Counted from the first letter of the stretch, positions 1 through 9,192 are shown. The stretch is 64,000 nucleotides of DNA from a bacterium (GCA_965261085.1 OZ253442.1:2022920-2086919); one strand, 5' to 3'. Notes: generated by a model from the sequence alone, not told the origin. Made by a program: numbers and translations.

Positions 1-53
1 CGATCTCCTGGACGCTCTTGCTCACCCGAAGACACTCGTTGTGAAGTGACAAA

Positions 54-336
54 AATAATTGCGAACGGCCTGGAAAAACCGCTGAATTTCCAGGCTGTTT
101 CGCCCTGGAAAAATTGCCGGTTTTCGGGGGTTTTCGGGCCGAAAAACGCTCTTTAAAAGCGGCATCGCGCGCCCTGAAGCGGGCATTTAATCCCCTCGGC
201 ATTTGAAACACGCCCCGCATGGGCCGAAGCCCCCCTGGCCGTCGGGTTGAGGGTCGCGGCAGGAGACGGCGAGCTCGACGAGCACCCGGGGCGCCATGGG
301 GCGGGTCTGCGCTTTCGAGACGGGATTCGGCCAGCC
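54..336. repeat. Long direct repeat, copy 1 (partner 2828..3101)
   Basis: About 280 nt that align almost base-for-base with 2828..3101 (a few substitutions and one ~9 nt indel). Contains the hairpin GCCTGGAAA-N9-TTTCCAGGC. Confidence 0.9.
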
Positions 337-566
337 GAACGGATCGGCCCACTCCCAGGGATGAGCGCGCATGGCGGCGATGGCGTCGTGAAAGGCCGTC
401 CAGGCGCTCCGGCGCGTGGCTCGCTCCGCGGCGTAGGCCGGCCTATGAGCGGGAGCGTAGCGCCAAACCCGGCGCGGTTCAGCGTGACAGCGATGTTCTC
501 TGTTACAAATCTATGGTATAAAGAATCATGGAACTTCCTAGTTTAAGATAAGAAAGAGAGCAGCCA

Positions 567-2549
567 ATGCTGACTGTCATCAAGTCTGTGAATACCGTAA
601 AGCTGGCCATTGCAGGGGTTGGAAATTGTGCGAGCTCGTTGGTTCAGGGCATTGCGCATTATAGGAAGGGCCGCGTCGAGGTCCTGCCCGGTCTGATGCA
701 CCCCTATATCGGGGGCTGGGGCCCGGGTGATCTGGAGGTCGTGGCCGCCTTTGACGTCGACCGCCGAAAGGTCGGGCGACCCCTGGAGGAGGCGATCTTC
801 GCCAAGCCCAATTGCACGATGGTCTTCGAGGATGAGCTTCCCTCATCGGGCGTCGTGGTCCAGATGGGACCCGTTCTCGACGGCGTTGCGCCACACATGG
901 CGGATTATCCCGATGACGAGGCATTCCGTCCGGCCGATGCCGATCCGGTTGATATCGCGGATGTCTTTAAGCGAACCGGCGCGGAGGTGCTGGTCTGCTA
1001 CCTGCCGGTCGGCTCGGAGCAGGCGGCGCTGCATTACGCCCAGGCCTGCCTCGACACGGGCGTTGCCATGGTGAACTGCATACCCGTGTTCATCGCCTCA
1101 AATCCCAGCTGGGCGGAGAAGTTCAAGATCGCTGGGGTGCCAATCGTGGGCGACGACATCAAGAGCCAAGTCGGCGCCACGATCGCACATCGGCTCTTGA
1201 CACGTCTGTTCGGCGACCGCGGTTACACCCTGGACCGCACCTATCAACTGAACACCGGCGGCAACACCGACTTCCTCAACATGAAGGCCCTGGACCGGCT
1301 GACATCGAAGAAGGTGTCCAAGACGGAATCCGTTCAATCGCAACTCGATGTGCGCCTCGGCGGGCGCGACATCCATATCGGCCCGTCAGACTACGTGCCC
1401 TGGCAAGGCGACAACAAAGTCGCCTTTATCCGCATGGAAGGACGCGGGTTTGGCAGCGCTCCCATCGAGATCGAGATGCGCCTCTCGGTCCAGGATTCGC
1501 CCAACAGCGCCGGCGTCGTCATCGACGCCGTCCGCTGCGCCAGGCTCGGCATGGTGCGGGGTATGGCGGGTCCGCTGGAAGCGCCGTCTTCCTATTACAT
1601 GAAATCGCCGCCGGTCCAGATGCGCGATTCCGTCGCCCGCGACTTGTGTGACGCGTTCATCGAAGAAGGGCGCGCCGAAGCACCGGCGGCCCGAATCGTG
1701 AAGTCGGCGGCGGAGCAGACGCGTGTTTCAACCACGGTGGGGGAGCCTGGTGACATGACCGGAGAGGAGGCGAGCGCCGGCATGTCCGGGCATTTCGCCA
1801 GGGTGGCGGAGGTCTACGGCACGGTCCGGACCACCGATCGGGACCCGGTACACTATATTCGCGATGCCCTGGCCGATCGGGCAAACGTGCGCGCGGCCGA
1901 TATCGGATGCGGCGACGGGCGCTACGACAGGCTGCTGTTCGACCATATACCCAACCTGCACCTCGTCTGCGTGGATTCCAGCGCGCCGATGCTGGAACGA
2001 CTCTTCGATTGCCTCGCTGAGGCGCGCATCGACAATTTCGTGACCCGGTTGTCCGGCGTCAACGACTTGGCGCTCGAGGACGATTCCCTGGACGCCATCC
2101 TCACCTTCAATGCGGTGCACCATTTCAACGTTCCCGCCTTTCTGGCCAAAGCCCGGCGCGCGCTCAGAGACGCCGGCCGCCTGTTCATCTATACACGCAC
2201 GCCCGAACAGAACGCGGGCACCCTATGGGGGCGTTTCTTCCCGCGCTTCACCGAGAAGGAATCGCGGCTCCACACTATCAAAAGCATGGAAGCATGGATC
2301 GCCGGGACACCCGGCCTCGAAATGGTCGAGGCGAGAGTGTTTAGATATGCCCGGACGGCAAGCCTGGACCGCCTGTTCGAACAAATGCGGAGCCGGCACT
2401 ACTCGACCTTTTCGCTCTATGACGAGCGGGAGTTCGAGGAAGCATGTCGTGGTTTCGACGAACGAATCCGCGACGCGTTCGATGATCTCGAGGCCATTCG
2501 ATGGTACGACGAGAACATCATGCTGCACCTGGTTAGAATCGAGGTCTGA
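567..2549 (+). CDS. myo-inositol-1-phosphate synthase fused to a class I SAM-dependent methyltransferase
   Basis: The N-terminal ~375 aa carry bacterial/archaeal MIPS hallmarks (GVGNCASSLVQG, NTGGNTDFLN, SKKVSKTESV). The C-terminal ~250 aa carry MTase motif I (DIGCGDGRY) plus AILTFNAVHHF and GRLFIY. Both parts lie in one uninterrupted frame. Confidence 0.8.
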   Translation: MLTVIKSVNTVKLAIAGVGNCASSLVQGIAHYRKGRVEVLPGLMHPYIGGWGPGDLEVVAAFDVDRRKVGRPLEEAIFAKPNCTMVFEDELPSSGVVVQMGPVLDGVAPHMADYPDDEAFRPADADPVDIADVFKRTGAEVLVCYLPVGSEQAALHYAQACLDTGVAMVNCIPVFIASNPSWAEKFKIAGVPIVGDDIKSQVGATIAHRLLTRLFGDRGYTLDRTYQLNTGGNTDFLNMKALDRLTSKKVSKTESVQSQLDVRLGGRDIHIGPSDYVPWQGDNKVAFIRMEGRGFGSAPIEIEMRLSVQDSPNSAGVVIDAVRCARLGMVRGMAGPLEAPSSYYMKSPPVQMRDSVARDLCDAFIEEGRAEAPAARIVKSAAEQTRVSTTVGEPGDMTGEEASAGMSGHFARVAEVYGTVRTTDRDPVHYIRDALADRANVRAADIGCGDGRYDRLLFDHIPNLHLVCVDSSAPMLERLFDCLAEARIDNFVTRLSGVNDLALEDDSLDAILTFNAVHHFNVPAFLAKARRALRDAGRLFIYTRTPEQNAGTLWGRFFPRFTEKESRLHTIKSMEAWIAGTPGLEMVEARVFRYARTASLDRLFEQMRSRHYSTFSLYDEREFEEACRGFDERIRDAFDDLEAIRWYDENIMLHLVRIEV

Positions 2550-2552
2550 CCG

Positions 2553-2796
2553 GCCCCTGTCCGGGACACGGCTCGCGCTGGGCTTTTCCTTCATGGGCGT
2601 CGTAGCCGCGGAGATGCTGGCCGCGGACAAGGGCATCGGCTTCCTCATCATGCAGAGCACGAACATCATCGCGCCCGCTGAGATGTTTGTCGGATTTTTT
2701 ATGCTGGGCTCGTTCGGCCTCATCACCGACCAACTCTTCCGAATGACCATCCACAGGCTCATGCGACGTTATATGATTTCCATGACGCACGAATGA
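2553..2796 (+). pseudogene. 3' fragment of a NitT/TauT-type ABC transporter permease
   Basis: The tail LALGFSFMGVVAAEMLAADKGIGFLIMQS...LITDQLFRMTIHRLMRRY looks like the C-terminus of an SsuC/TauC-like permease. There is no N-terminal part, and it begins right after the stop of the upstream gene. Confidence 0.55.
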
Positions 2797-2827
2797 GACA
2801 GGGGTCCGATCAGTGTAGTCGAACAAC

Positions 2828-3101
2828 AATAATTGCGGATGGCCTGGAAAAACCGCTGGATTTCCAGGTTGTTTCGCCCTGGAAAAATCGCCGGTTTTCG
2901 GGGGTTTTCGGGCCGAAAAACGCTCTTTAAAAGCGGCATCGCGCGCCCTGAAGCGGGCATTTAATCCCCTCGGCATTTGAAATACGCCCCGCATGGGCCG
3001 AGGCCCCCCTAGCCGTCGGGTTGAGGGTCGCGGCAGGAGACGGCGAGCTCGACGAGCGCCATGGCGTGGGCCTGCGCTTTCGAGACGGGATTCGGCCAGC
3101 C
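2828..3101. repeat. Long direct repeat, copy 2 (partner 54..336)
   Basis: Direct alignment with 54..336, in the same orientation. Confidence 0.9.
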
Positions 3102-3189
3102 CCCGGTCCCAGAAGAGGGCGTCCCCCGCCTCGACGCTCAGCGCGTCGAAGGCGCGCTTGGTAATTTTGAGTTCGCTTCTTTTGGGCAT
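3094..3189 (-). pseudogene. 5' remnant of a tyrosine integrase (arm-binding N-terminus only)
   Basis: MPKRSELKITKRAFDALSVEAGDALFWDRGL resembles the N-terminal arm/DUF4102 segment of P4-type integrases. The similarity ends where the long repeat starts. No catalytic domain is present in any frame. Confidence 0.4.
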
Positions 3190-3391
3190 AGACCTGCCCG
3201 GAAAAATCCGTAATCAAAACGCATACGAGCGGCATCAATCCGAGGCGTATTAAAGCATAAGTATGGCGAAAATACAAGAGAGAATTGAATCGAAATTATC
3301 AGAAATAACTGAATATAAACAGATAGTTATCGTATGAAGAGGCGTTCAGTCGTACGATTGGCAAACAGACGGATTTGTTACAATGTCTCAG

Positions 3392-3485
3392 CTCCCTCAT
3401 CAGTCGCGACAAACCCTCCCTCATCGGTCGGGTCTGACCTCCCTCATCGGTCGGGTCTGACCTCCTGCATTGGTCGAGATTGACC
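3392..3485 (+). repeat. Tandem array (4 units, ~23 bp) of the CTCATCGGTCGG-N-TTGAC/CTGAC repeat family
   Basis: The units read ctccctcatcagtcgcgacaaac, cctccctcatcggtcgggtctgac, ctccctcatcggtcgggtctgac and ctcctgcattggtcgagattgac. Confidence 0.85.
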
Positions 3486-3551
3486 ACCGTGAGGAGGTGA
3501 GGCGTACTCATCGACTCAGGCGTGACAAGGAAATATGAAAATAATCCAATT

Positions 3552-3652
3552 TCCTGAAAATATCGATAAATTCACGGGGTTTTTCGATAAATTGATTGGA
3601 TGATATGATACTTGAATTATATATTGTAAATCATTGATATAGCTGGATATAT
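3552..3652. repeat. AT-rich inverted repeat, left arm (partner 8607..8762)
   Basis: The 29-nt core GATAAATTCACGGGGTTTTTCGATAAATT (3565..3593) is the exact reverse complement of 8718..8746. Flanking AT-rich stretches (gatatgata..., tgtaaatcattgatata) also match imperfectly. Confidence 0.8.
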
Positions 3653-3658
3653 AACTTT

Positions 3659-4534
3659 TTATCTGGATGCGGAATTCACGAGATAGATGCCCGATGAGAT
3701 AAGAACAGCTCCCCCGAGCATGAGCAGCGTCAGGGGTTCCGCGAGCAGCAAAGCGCCCATCAAAACCCCGAATACGGGGGTCAAGAACATGAACACGCCC
3801 ACGCGGCTCGCCGGGTAGTCCGTCAGCAGCCACAGCCAGGGAATCATGGCAAAGCCCGTGCCGATGAGGCCGCTATAGCCCACCCCGGTGAGCACGTTCG
3901 TATCCGTGAGATCGGGCCAGGGCTCGCCCCGAAGCGAGGCGATGAGAAAGAACGGGAGCACGGCCAGAAGCTGGGTCCAGGCGGTGATTCTGAAGGCGTC
4001 GAAACTCCTCAGCCTCAATTTCAGGAAAATCGACTGCACCGCCCACACAACAGCCGCCAGGACGACGATGGCGTCCCCGTACCAGGTGGAACCGCCGGCC
4101 GAGGAGAGCTTGTCGCCAAAGAGAAACACCATGCCCAGACTCGCGGCCATGAAGCCGAAAACCGCACGGACACCCACCCTCTCATGGGGCAGAATCCACG
4201 CCGCGAGCGCCGTCAGCAACAGGGGCTGGACGTATAGGAACAACGAGGCGCGCCCCGCTGTGGTGTGGTTCACCCCGTGATAGTAGGTGATGAACATGAT
4301 GTTGTGCAGGCAGGCGTTGATCCAGAAATCGCGATTCTCCTTCCCGCCGCCCGGGTGCGGAGGCAGAACCGGCATTTTTCGGATAAACATGATCAGAAAA
4401 ACGCTCGACGCCGAGATGAGGCCCCGGAGCCAGAGGAACGTAAAAGGCTCCACGCCGCGCAGGCCTATCTTGGCCGCCGGAAAGCTCAGGCCCCACAGAA
4501 AAGTGACGGTGAAAATCAAAACGAAAAATCGCAA
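3659..4534 (-). CDS. EamA/DMT-family transporter
   Basis: 291 aa and about 10 predicted hydrophobic helices. The N-terminus FLWGLSFPAAKIGL is typical of EamA domain proteins. Confidence 0.75.
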   Translation of the reverse strand: MRFFVLIFTVTFLWGLSFPAAKIGLRGVEPFTFLWLRGLISASSVFLIMFIRKMPVLPPHPGGGKENRDFWINACLHNIMFITYYHGVNHTTAGRASLFLYVQPLLLTALAAWILPHERVGVRAVFGFMAASLGMVFLFGDKLSSAGGSTWYGDAIVVLAAVVWAVQSIFLKLRLRSFDAFRITAWTQLLAVLPFFLIASLRGEPWPDLTDTNVLTGVGYSGLIGTGFAMIPWLWLLTDYPASRVGVFMFLTPVFGVLMGALLLAEPLTLLMLGGAVLISSGIYLVNSASR

Positions 4535-4611
4535 TTCCTGCCTGTTCCTTCAGCAAATCCGCTCTATACCGGGTATCGAACAGCGGGTGAAATTCGGGGA
4601 AAGCGCCGCCT

Positions 4612-5235
4612 TTAGCTGTCGGACTCTTTTTTCTTCGGAAACGGCTCCAGGTCCTTCAAATCCACTTTTTGCTCCAGTTCGTCGTGACAGGCATCGCAGC
4701 GCGGCTGCGCCGTGGCCGCCACCATGAACCCTTTCGCCCTCTCGCCGTCAAGCCGGTGGCCGTTGTGGCACTGCACGCAGTTCGCCTTTAACTCCGCGTG
4801 GTCTGAAATGGCGTGAAAGGCGTCATCGGCCAGTTCCAGAAGACGCTCCTCTTCATGACACTTCACACAGTCATTATCGAGAATAGGATGGAAAACGCGC
4901 GAGGGCTGCTCATAATCGCCAATAATGAATTTATACAGATCCTTGTTCGCCAGAATCGTCGTGCGAATCATGCCCGTGATGCCCTCTTCCCCGTGACAGG
5001 AGATGCACCGCACGTCGCCCACGCTCTTATGCCATCCGCCCAGCGTCTGCACCGCGTTCTTCACGCGCGCGCCGTCATCGAGATAATCCTGATGATCCTG
5101 TAAGTGACACGCCGTGCAAAAAGGATCGTAGGACTCCACGGCGCGAATCCCGTACAACCCGCCGACCCCGGCCAAGGGGGATAAGACAATGATCAGAATC
5201 AACCATTTCCACCATCGCCCCCAAAATCTTCGCAT
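4612..5235 (-). CDS. Membrane-anchored multihaem c-type cytochrome (NapC/NirT/NrfH-like, five CXXCH)
   Basis: N-terminal TM helix, then CTACH, CISCH, CVKCH, CVQCH and CDACH. Confidence 0.8.
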   Translation of the reverse strand: MRRFWGRWWKWLILIIVLSPLAGVGGLYGIRAVESYDPFCTACHLQDHQDYLDDGARVKNAVQTLGGWHKSVGDVRCISCHGEEGITGMIRTTILANKDLYKFIIGDYEQPSRVFHPILDNDCVKCHEEERLLELADDAFHAISDHAELKANCVQCHNGHRLDGERAKGFMVAATAQPRCDACHDELEQKVDLKDLEPFPKKKESDS

Positions 5236-5381
5236 TTAGGTTCTCCTTGGCCATCACATGCTAACACCGCCACTCCCCACTCACCAGGATATAGAACCGC
5301 CATCCCATTTTCTGCGTGTTAGATCTTCCTCATTATAGCGCGATTTGCTAGGATGGCTCTTGATGATAGGAGGTTGATCCG

Positions 5382-5744
5382 ATGGCGAGAACAAGATTCA
5401 GCGCGAACAAACGCCGCCCGGGGCGCAGGAGCGCTCCCAAGCCGGCCGCCCTTACCGGAGAAAGCGCGAAACAGATCGCCGCGCGCCTGAAATCCTCTGC
5501 GAGCGTGGGCAAGAACGCGCAGGACTACCGGCGCAAATCGCTTGAAATTCACGGCTGGTTCTGTGCGAAATGCGGCCGGGATTTCGATGAAAACAACCTC
5601 CATATCTTGACGGTTCACCACCGTGACGGTGACCACAAAAACAATCCGCCGGACGGGAGCAACTGGGAGAATCTGTGTGGGGAATGCCACGAGGATGAAC
5701 ACTCCCGCGACATGCTTGGCCGTTATCTGAGCGATGACAGTTAA
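5382..5744 (+). CDS. yajD: YajD-like HNH nuclease family protein
   Basis: About 120 aa with CAKCG...LTVHHRDGDHKNNPPDGSNWENLCGECHEDEH, an HNH motif with a zinc-binding Cys pair. Confidence 0.75.
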   Translation: MARTRFSANKRRPGRRSAPKPAALTGESAKQIAARLKSSASVGKNAQDYRRKSLEIHGWFCAKCGRDFDENNLHILTVHHRDGDHKNNPPDGSNWENLCGECHEDEHSRDMLGRYLSDDS

Positions 5745-5765
5745 TAATCTAAAACACCCACCATC

Positions 5766-7052
5766 ATGATATTGTCGGTTAAGCCAACCATCGCAAAAGG
5801 AACCACCAGCGTACCCGGTTCGAAATCCCATTCCATCCGCGCCGTCGCGTTCGCATCCCTGGCTTCCGGGAAAAGCGTGATATCAAACCCCCTGGATTCA
5901 GAGGACGGCCTCTCGGCGGCCAGCGTCTACGCGAGCTTTGGCGCTAAAATACACAAGGAAAATGAGGTCTGGTCCGTGGAGGGTTTCGGCGCCCGGCCCA
6001 ATGCGCCTCAAGGAATTCTCGACGTGGGAAATTCAGGGACCACCTGCCGGATGGCGCTCGGCACCGCCGCGCTCATACGGGAGGGCGAAGCTTGTTTCGA
6101 TGGCGATCCCCAGACCAGAAAACGCCCGATGGGGCCATTGCTCGATGCCCTCCAAAACCTGGGCGCAAAGACGCAATACGGCGGCGGCTTCCTGCCCGTC
6201 ACGGTGGGCGGCCCGTGGCGCGGCGGCCGGACGAAAGTGGACGGGACGACCAGTCAGTTTACGTCCTCCTTGTTGTTGAACGCACCTTTCGGCGAGGAGA
6301 CAACCATCATCGAGCCGATTGATCTGAACGAGCGCCCATACGTCGAGATGACGCTGTGGTGGCTTGATCGTCTGGGCTTACGATACGAGCGCGATGAATA
6401 CCGCAGCTTCATGGTTCCGGGCGGACAGACGCTCTCTAGATTCGAAGTTACCGTCCCCGCCGATTGGAGTTCCGCCGCCTTTCTCGTGGCCGCAGGCGCG
6501 CTGCCGGGTGGTGACGTAACGCTCGAGGGGCTGGATCTCAACGACTCTCAAGGGGATAAGGAGATTCTCAGATTCGTCGAGGAAATGGGCGCTGATGTTC
6601 TCGTCACAGAGACCAGCGTCCGAATACGCGGAAAAGCGCTGCGCGGAGGTGAATTCGACTTAAACGCCACGCCCGATCTGCTGCCAGTCATGGCCGTGCT
6701 CGGTGCGTTCGCAGATGGGGAGACCAGACTCCTCAACACGCCCCAGGCCCGCATCAAGGAAACGGATAGAATCTCCGCCATGCGCGAAGTGCTCGAAACG
6801 TTGGGCGGTGAGGCGAGAGAACTGACGGATGGCATCATTATTAAGGGTGGCGGATTGAAGGGCGGGGCTGTTCATGGTTTCGGCGATCACCGCGTCGTCA
6901 TGTCCGCAGCCATTGCCGGGCTCGCCGCCCCGGAGGGAGTATCGGTCGACACGGCGGAGGCGATGGCGGTAACATTTCCTGATTTTTGCGAACGCATGGC
7001 GTCACTGGGCGCCGATATACAGACGAAGGATTCATTCGATGCCAATCTATGA
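5766..7052 (+). CDS. aroA: 3-phosphoshikimate 1-carboxyvinyltransferase (EPSP synthase)
   Basis: 428 aa with PGSKSHSIRAVAFASLA, GNSGTTCRMALG, KETDRISAM and GDHRVVMSAAIAGL. Confidence 0.9.
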   Translation: MILSVKPTIAKGTTSVPGSKSHSIRAVAFASLASGKSVISNPLDSEDGLSAASVYASFGAKIHKENEVWSVEGFGARPNAPQGILDVGNSGTTCRMALGTAALIREGEACFDGDPQTRKRPMGPLLDALQNLGAKTQYGGGFLPVTVGGPWRGGRTKVDGTTSQFTSSLLLNAPFGEETTIIEPIDLNERPYVEMTLWWLDRLGLRYERDEYRSFMVPGGQTLSRFEVTVPADWSSAAFLVAAGALPGGDVTLEGLDLNDSQGDKEILRFVEEMGADVLVTETSVRIRGKALRGGEFDLNATPDLLPVMAVLGAFADGETRLLNTPQARIKETDRISAMREVLETLGGEARELTDGIIIKGGGLKGGAVHGFGDHRVVMSAAIAGLAAPEGVSVDTAEAMAVTFPDFCERMASLGADIQTKDSFDANL

Positions 7053-7371
7053 GTATGAGTGCAAGGAGTGCGGCTTTATTTCCGGCCATCTGGTGATGAA
7101 GCCGGCGGACAGGAGAAAACTCACCTGCCGCTCCTGCGGAAACAAAAAACTCAGAAAAATCATGTCGCGCTTTTCTTCTCACCAGACCGAAGCCCAGCGG
7201 CTCGAATCGTTCGACCCATCGAAGCCGCAGGACGGTTCTTTCTACAAGGACGATCGCAACATCGGGCTCTGGGCCCAAAAACGCGCCCAGCAGCTGGGCG
7301 TCGACCTTGGCGATTCTTTCGGTGAAACCCTGGAAAAGGGACGCTCGAAGAAAATTCTCGATAACCTATGA
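7039..7371 (+). CDS. FmdB-family zinc-ribbon protein
   Basis: MPIYEYECKECGF...CRSCG signature. Overlaps the aroA stop by 14 nt. Confidence 0.7.
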   Translation: MPIYEYECKECGFISGHLVMKPADRRKLTCRSCGNKKLRKIMSRFSSHQTEAQRLESFDPSKPQDGSFYKDDRNIGLWAQKRAQQLGVDLGDSFGETLEKGRSKKILDNL

Positions 7372-7375
7372 GGTC

Positions 7376-8059
7376 ATGTTGACCCTCGAAATTAAGATGA
7401 GCGAGGCGCTTCGCGCCGAGGCGGTGCCGCTTTGGGAAACAATCCATGAGCATTCCTTCGTTCGGGGCCTCGGTGAAGGCACCCTGCCTCTTGCGCAATT
7501 TCGCTTCTATATGTGCCAGGACTACATTTTCTTGAAGGAATACAGCCGCGTCATCGCCCTGGCCGTCGTGAAAGCCCCCGAACTGGCGGATATGGGGCGT
7601 TTCGCCGACCTGCTGAACGCCACGCTGAACACGGAGATGGAACTCCACCGGAGTTTTGCGGCGAAATTCGGCATATCAACCGCAGAGATTGAGGCGACAA
7701 AGCCCGCCCCCACGTGCAAGGGATACACCGATTTCCTGCTCGAGGCGGCCTATTCGGGCACGTTCGGGGAAATCGCCGCCGCCATGCTACCCTGCCAATG
7801 GGACTACGCCATCATCGGCGAGTTGCTCGCCTCCAAGGGGGTCCCTGAAAACGCGCCGCTCCACGCCGAGTGGATAGAGACTTACGCGTCCGATGAATTC
7901 GCTCAACTCGCCCGCTGGCTGCGCGAAATGCTCGACCAAGCCGCATCGACCGCCAGCCCCGCCGAGCGTGAGCGCATGCGCGCGCACTTTCTGATGGGCA
8001 CGCGATATGAATACCTCTTCTGGGATATGAGTTGGAACATGGAAGAGTGGCCCCTATAG
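7376..8059 (+). CDS. tenA: TenA-family thiaminase II / aminopyrimidine aminohydrolase
   Basis: WETIHEHSFVRGLGEGTLPLAQFRFYMCQDYIFLKEY and a C-terminal YEYLFWDM. The start was chosen at the first ATG after the fmdB-like stop; 7397 is an alternative. Confidence 0.8.
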   Translation: MLTLEIKMSEALRAEAVPLWETIHEHSFVRGLGEGTLPLAQFRFYMCQDYIFLKEYSRVIALAVVKAPELADMGRFADLLNATLNTEMELHRSFAAKFGISTAEIEATKPAPTCKGYTDFLLEAAYSGTFGEIAAAMLPCQWDYAIIGELLASKGVPENAPLHAEWIETYASDEFAQLARWLREMLDQAASTASPAERERMRAHFLMGTRYEYLFWDMSWNMEEWPL

Positions 8060-8080
8060 CCCAAGCCGGATAGAGCCGAT

Positions 8081-8617
8081 ATGTCCCCCAGAACGCGAAA
8101 AGACATCCCCAACCCCAAACGGTGCACATGGGCCGAGGGCGACCCGATGATGGAGAAATACCATGACGAGGAATGGGGGTTTCCCGTCCGAACGACCCGG
8201 AAACATTTTGAACAACTGACGCTCGAAATCTTTCAGGCGGGCCTCTCCTGGCGAACCATCCTCCATAAGCGCGCGGAGTTCAGAAAGGAATTTTTGCGAT
8301 TCTCACCCGAGAAGGTCGCCCTCTTCACCGAGAAGGATATTAGACGCATTCTCGGGAACACCGGCGTCGTGCGGAACCGAAAGAAAATCGAGGCGACCAT
8401 CGAGAACGCCAAAAGATTCCTGGCCATCCAGAAAAAACATGGCTCGTTCAACCGCTACCTCGCCTCCCTGCCGGACGATCTACCATCGTTACAAAAGATA
8501 TTCCGCGAGGAATTCACCTTCATGGGACCCAAGATCGCAGAAGCCTATCTCGAAAGCGTGGGGAAGATACCCGAACTCCACGATCCGCGCTGCTGGCGGA
8601 ATAAAACAAATAGATAA
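8081..8617 (+). CDS. tag: DNA-3-methyladenine glycosylase I
   Basis: RCTWAEGDPMMEKYHDEEWGFPV...FEQLTLEIFQAGLSW is typical of Tag. Confidence 0.85.
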   Translation: MSPRTRKDIPNPKRCTWAEGDPMMEKYHDEEWGFPVRTTRKHFEQLTLEIFQAGLSWRTILHKRAEFRKEFLRFSPEKVALFTEKDIRRILGNTGVVRNRKKIEATIENAKRFLAIQKKHGSFNRYLASLPDDLPSLQKIFREEFTFMGPKIAEAYLESVGKIPELHDPRCWRNKTNR

Positions 8618-8762
8618 CCATTTATATATCAATAAATTACATATTTGTTACTAAAGTGTATTATCATATCTGTTCACCCGTTCGTCTCTCCTCTTTTGCT
8701 TTCAGAAATACCCCGTTAATTTATCGAAAAACCCCGTGAATTTATCTAAATTTATCGAATTG
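8607..8762. repeat. AT-rich inverted repeat, right arm (partner 3552..3652)
   Basis: 8718..8746 is the exact reverse complement of 3565..3593. This arm carries a ~45 nt insertion relative to the left arm. Confidence 0.8.
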
Positions 8763-8844
8763 TTCAGTTCATACCTGAGCGGTATGTGAGAGTTTGCGCT
8801 TCTCCTAAGAAGGCAAGATCGCGCCACTGAAGCCGAATCGCCCG

Positions 8845-9075
8845 TTTCATTTTCTCCCTCCTTCAATCGATGAGAACACTCTCTTTTCCCGAGCGGAATT
8901 CTCGCCTGGCTGGACCAAAACCCCGTGACGGCAAATGCGGGAAAATGCGTGATCAATACCGAGCGGGGAGGGAGGGATAGCCGAGCGGGGAGTGAGGGAT
9001 TGCCGACCAAGTGGAGTGGGACACTCTCGCCCGAAGAGAAGAGTATGCGACCGGCGAGAGAGGGTGCCGCTTTCC
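8845..9075. repeat. Degenerate array of the ~23 bp CATCGGTCGG-type repeat family, mostly reverse orientation
   Basis: The reverse complement gives ccctccctccccgctcggtattgatc, ccctcactccccgctcggctat, cccactccacttggtcggcaat and others. Confidence 0.6.
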
Positions 9076-9192
9076 TCCTGAGAGGACCTGCGCCATGCGG
9101 GAGATCCCGACGGCGGACTTCCAGCGGTGTTCAGGTCGGGAGTTTGTCGTCATCGACGCGCGGGGACGGGGAGGATGGGCCGAAAGTTCTCT

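Noticed and set aside
2-49. Possible 3' end of a plus-strand gene at the window edge (...DLLDALAHPKTLVVK*).
   Set aside because: Only 15 codons are visible, too short to support any call.
2533-3189. 218-aa ORF starting like a phage integrase, possibly an intact integrase or mobile element.
   Set aside because: Only the first ~32 aa look integrase-like. The rest is translated repeat and intergenic DNA, with no R..HxxR..Y catalytic domain in any frame.
3253-3327. 24-aa ORF (MAKIQERIESKLSEITEYKQIVIV) in the AT-rich stretch after the integrase remnant.
   Set aside because: There is no SD and no supporting conservation. It is too short to distinguish from chance in AT-rich DNA.
3392-3485. Possible CRISPR arrays at the 23-bp tandem repeats (also at 62270..62450).
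   Set aside because: The period is only ~23 bp with no unique spacers between units. The units are degenerate, no cas genes are present, and the same units occur singly elsewhere.
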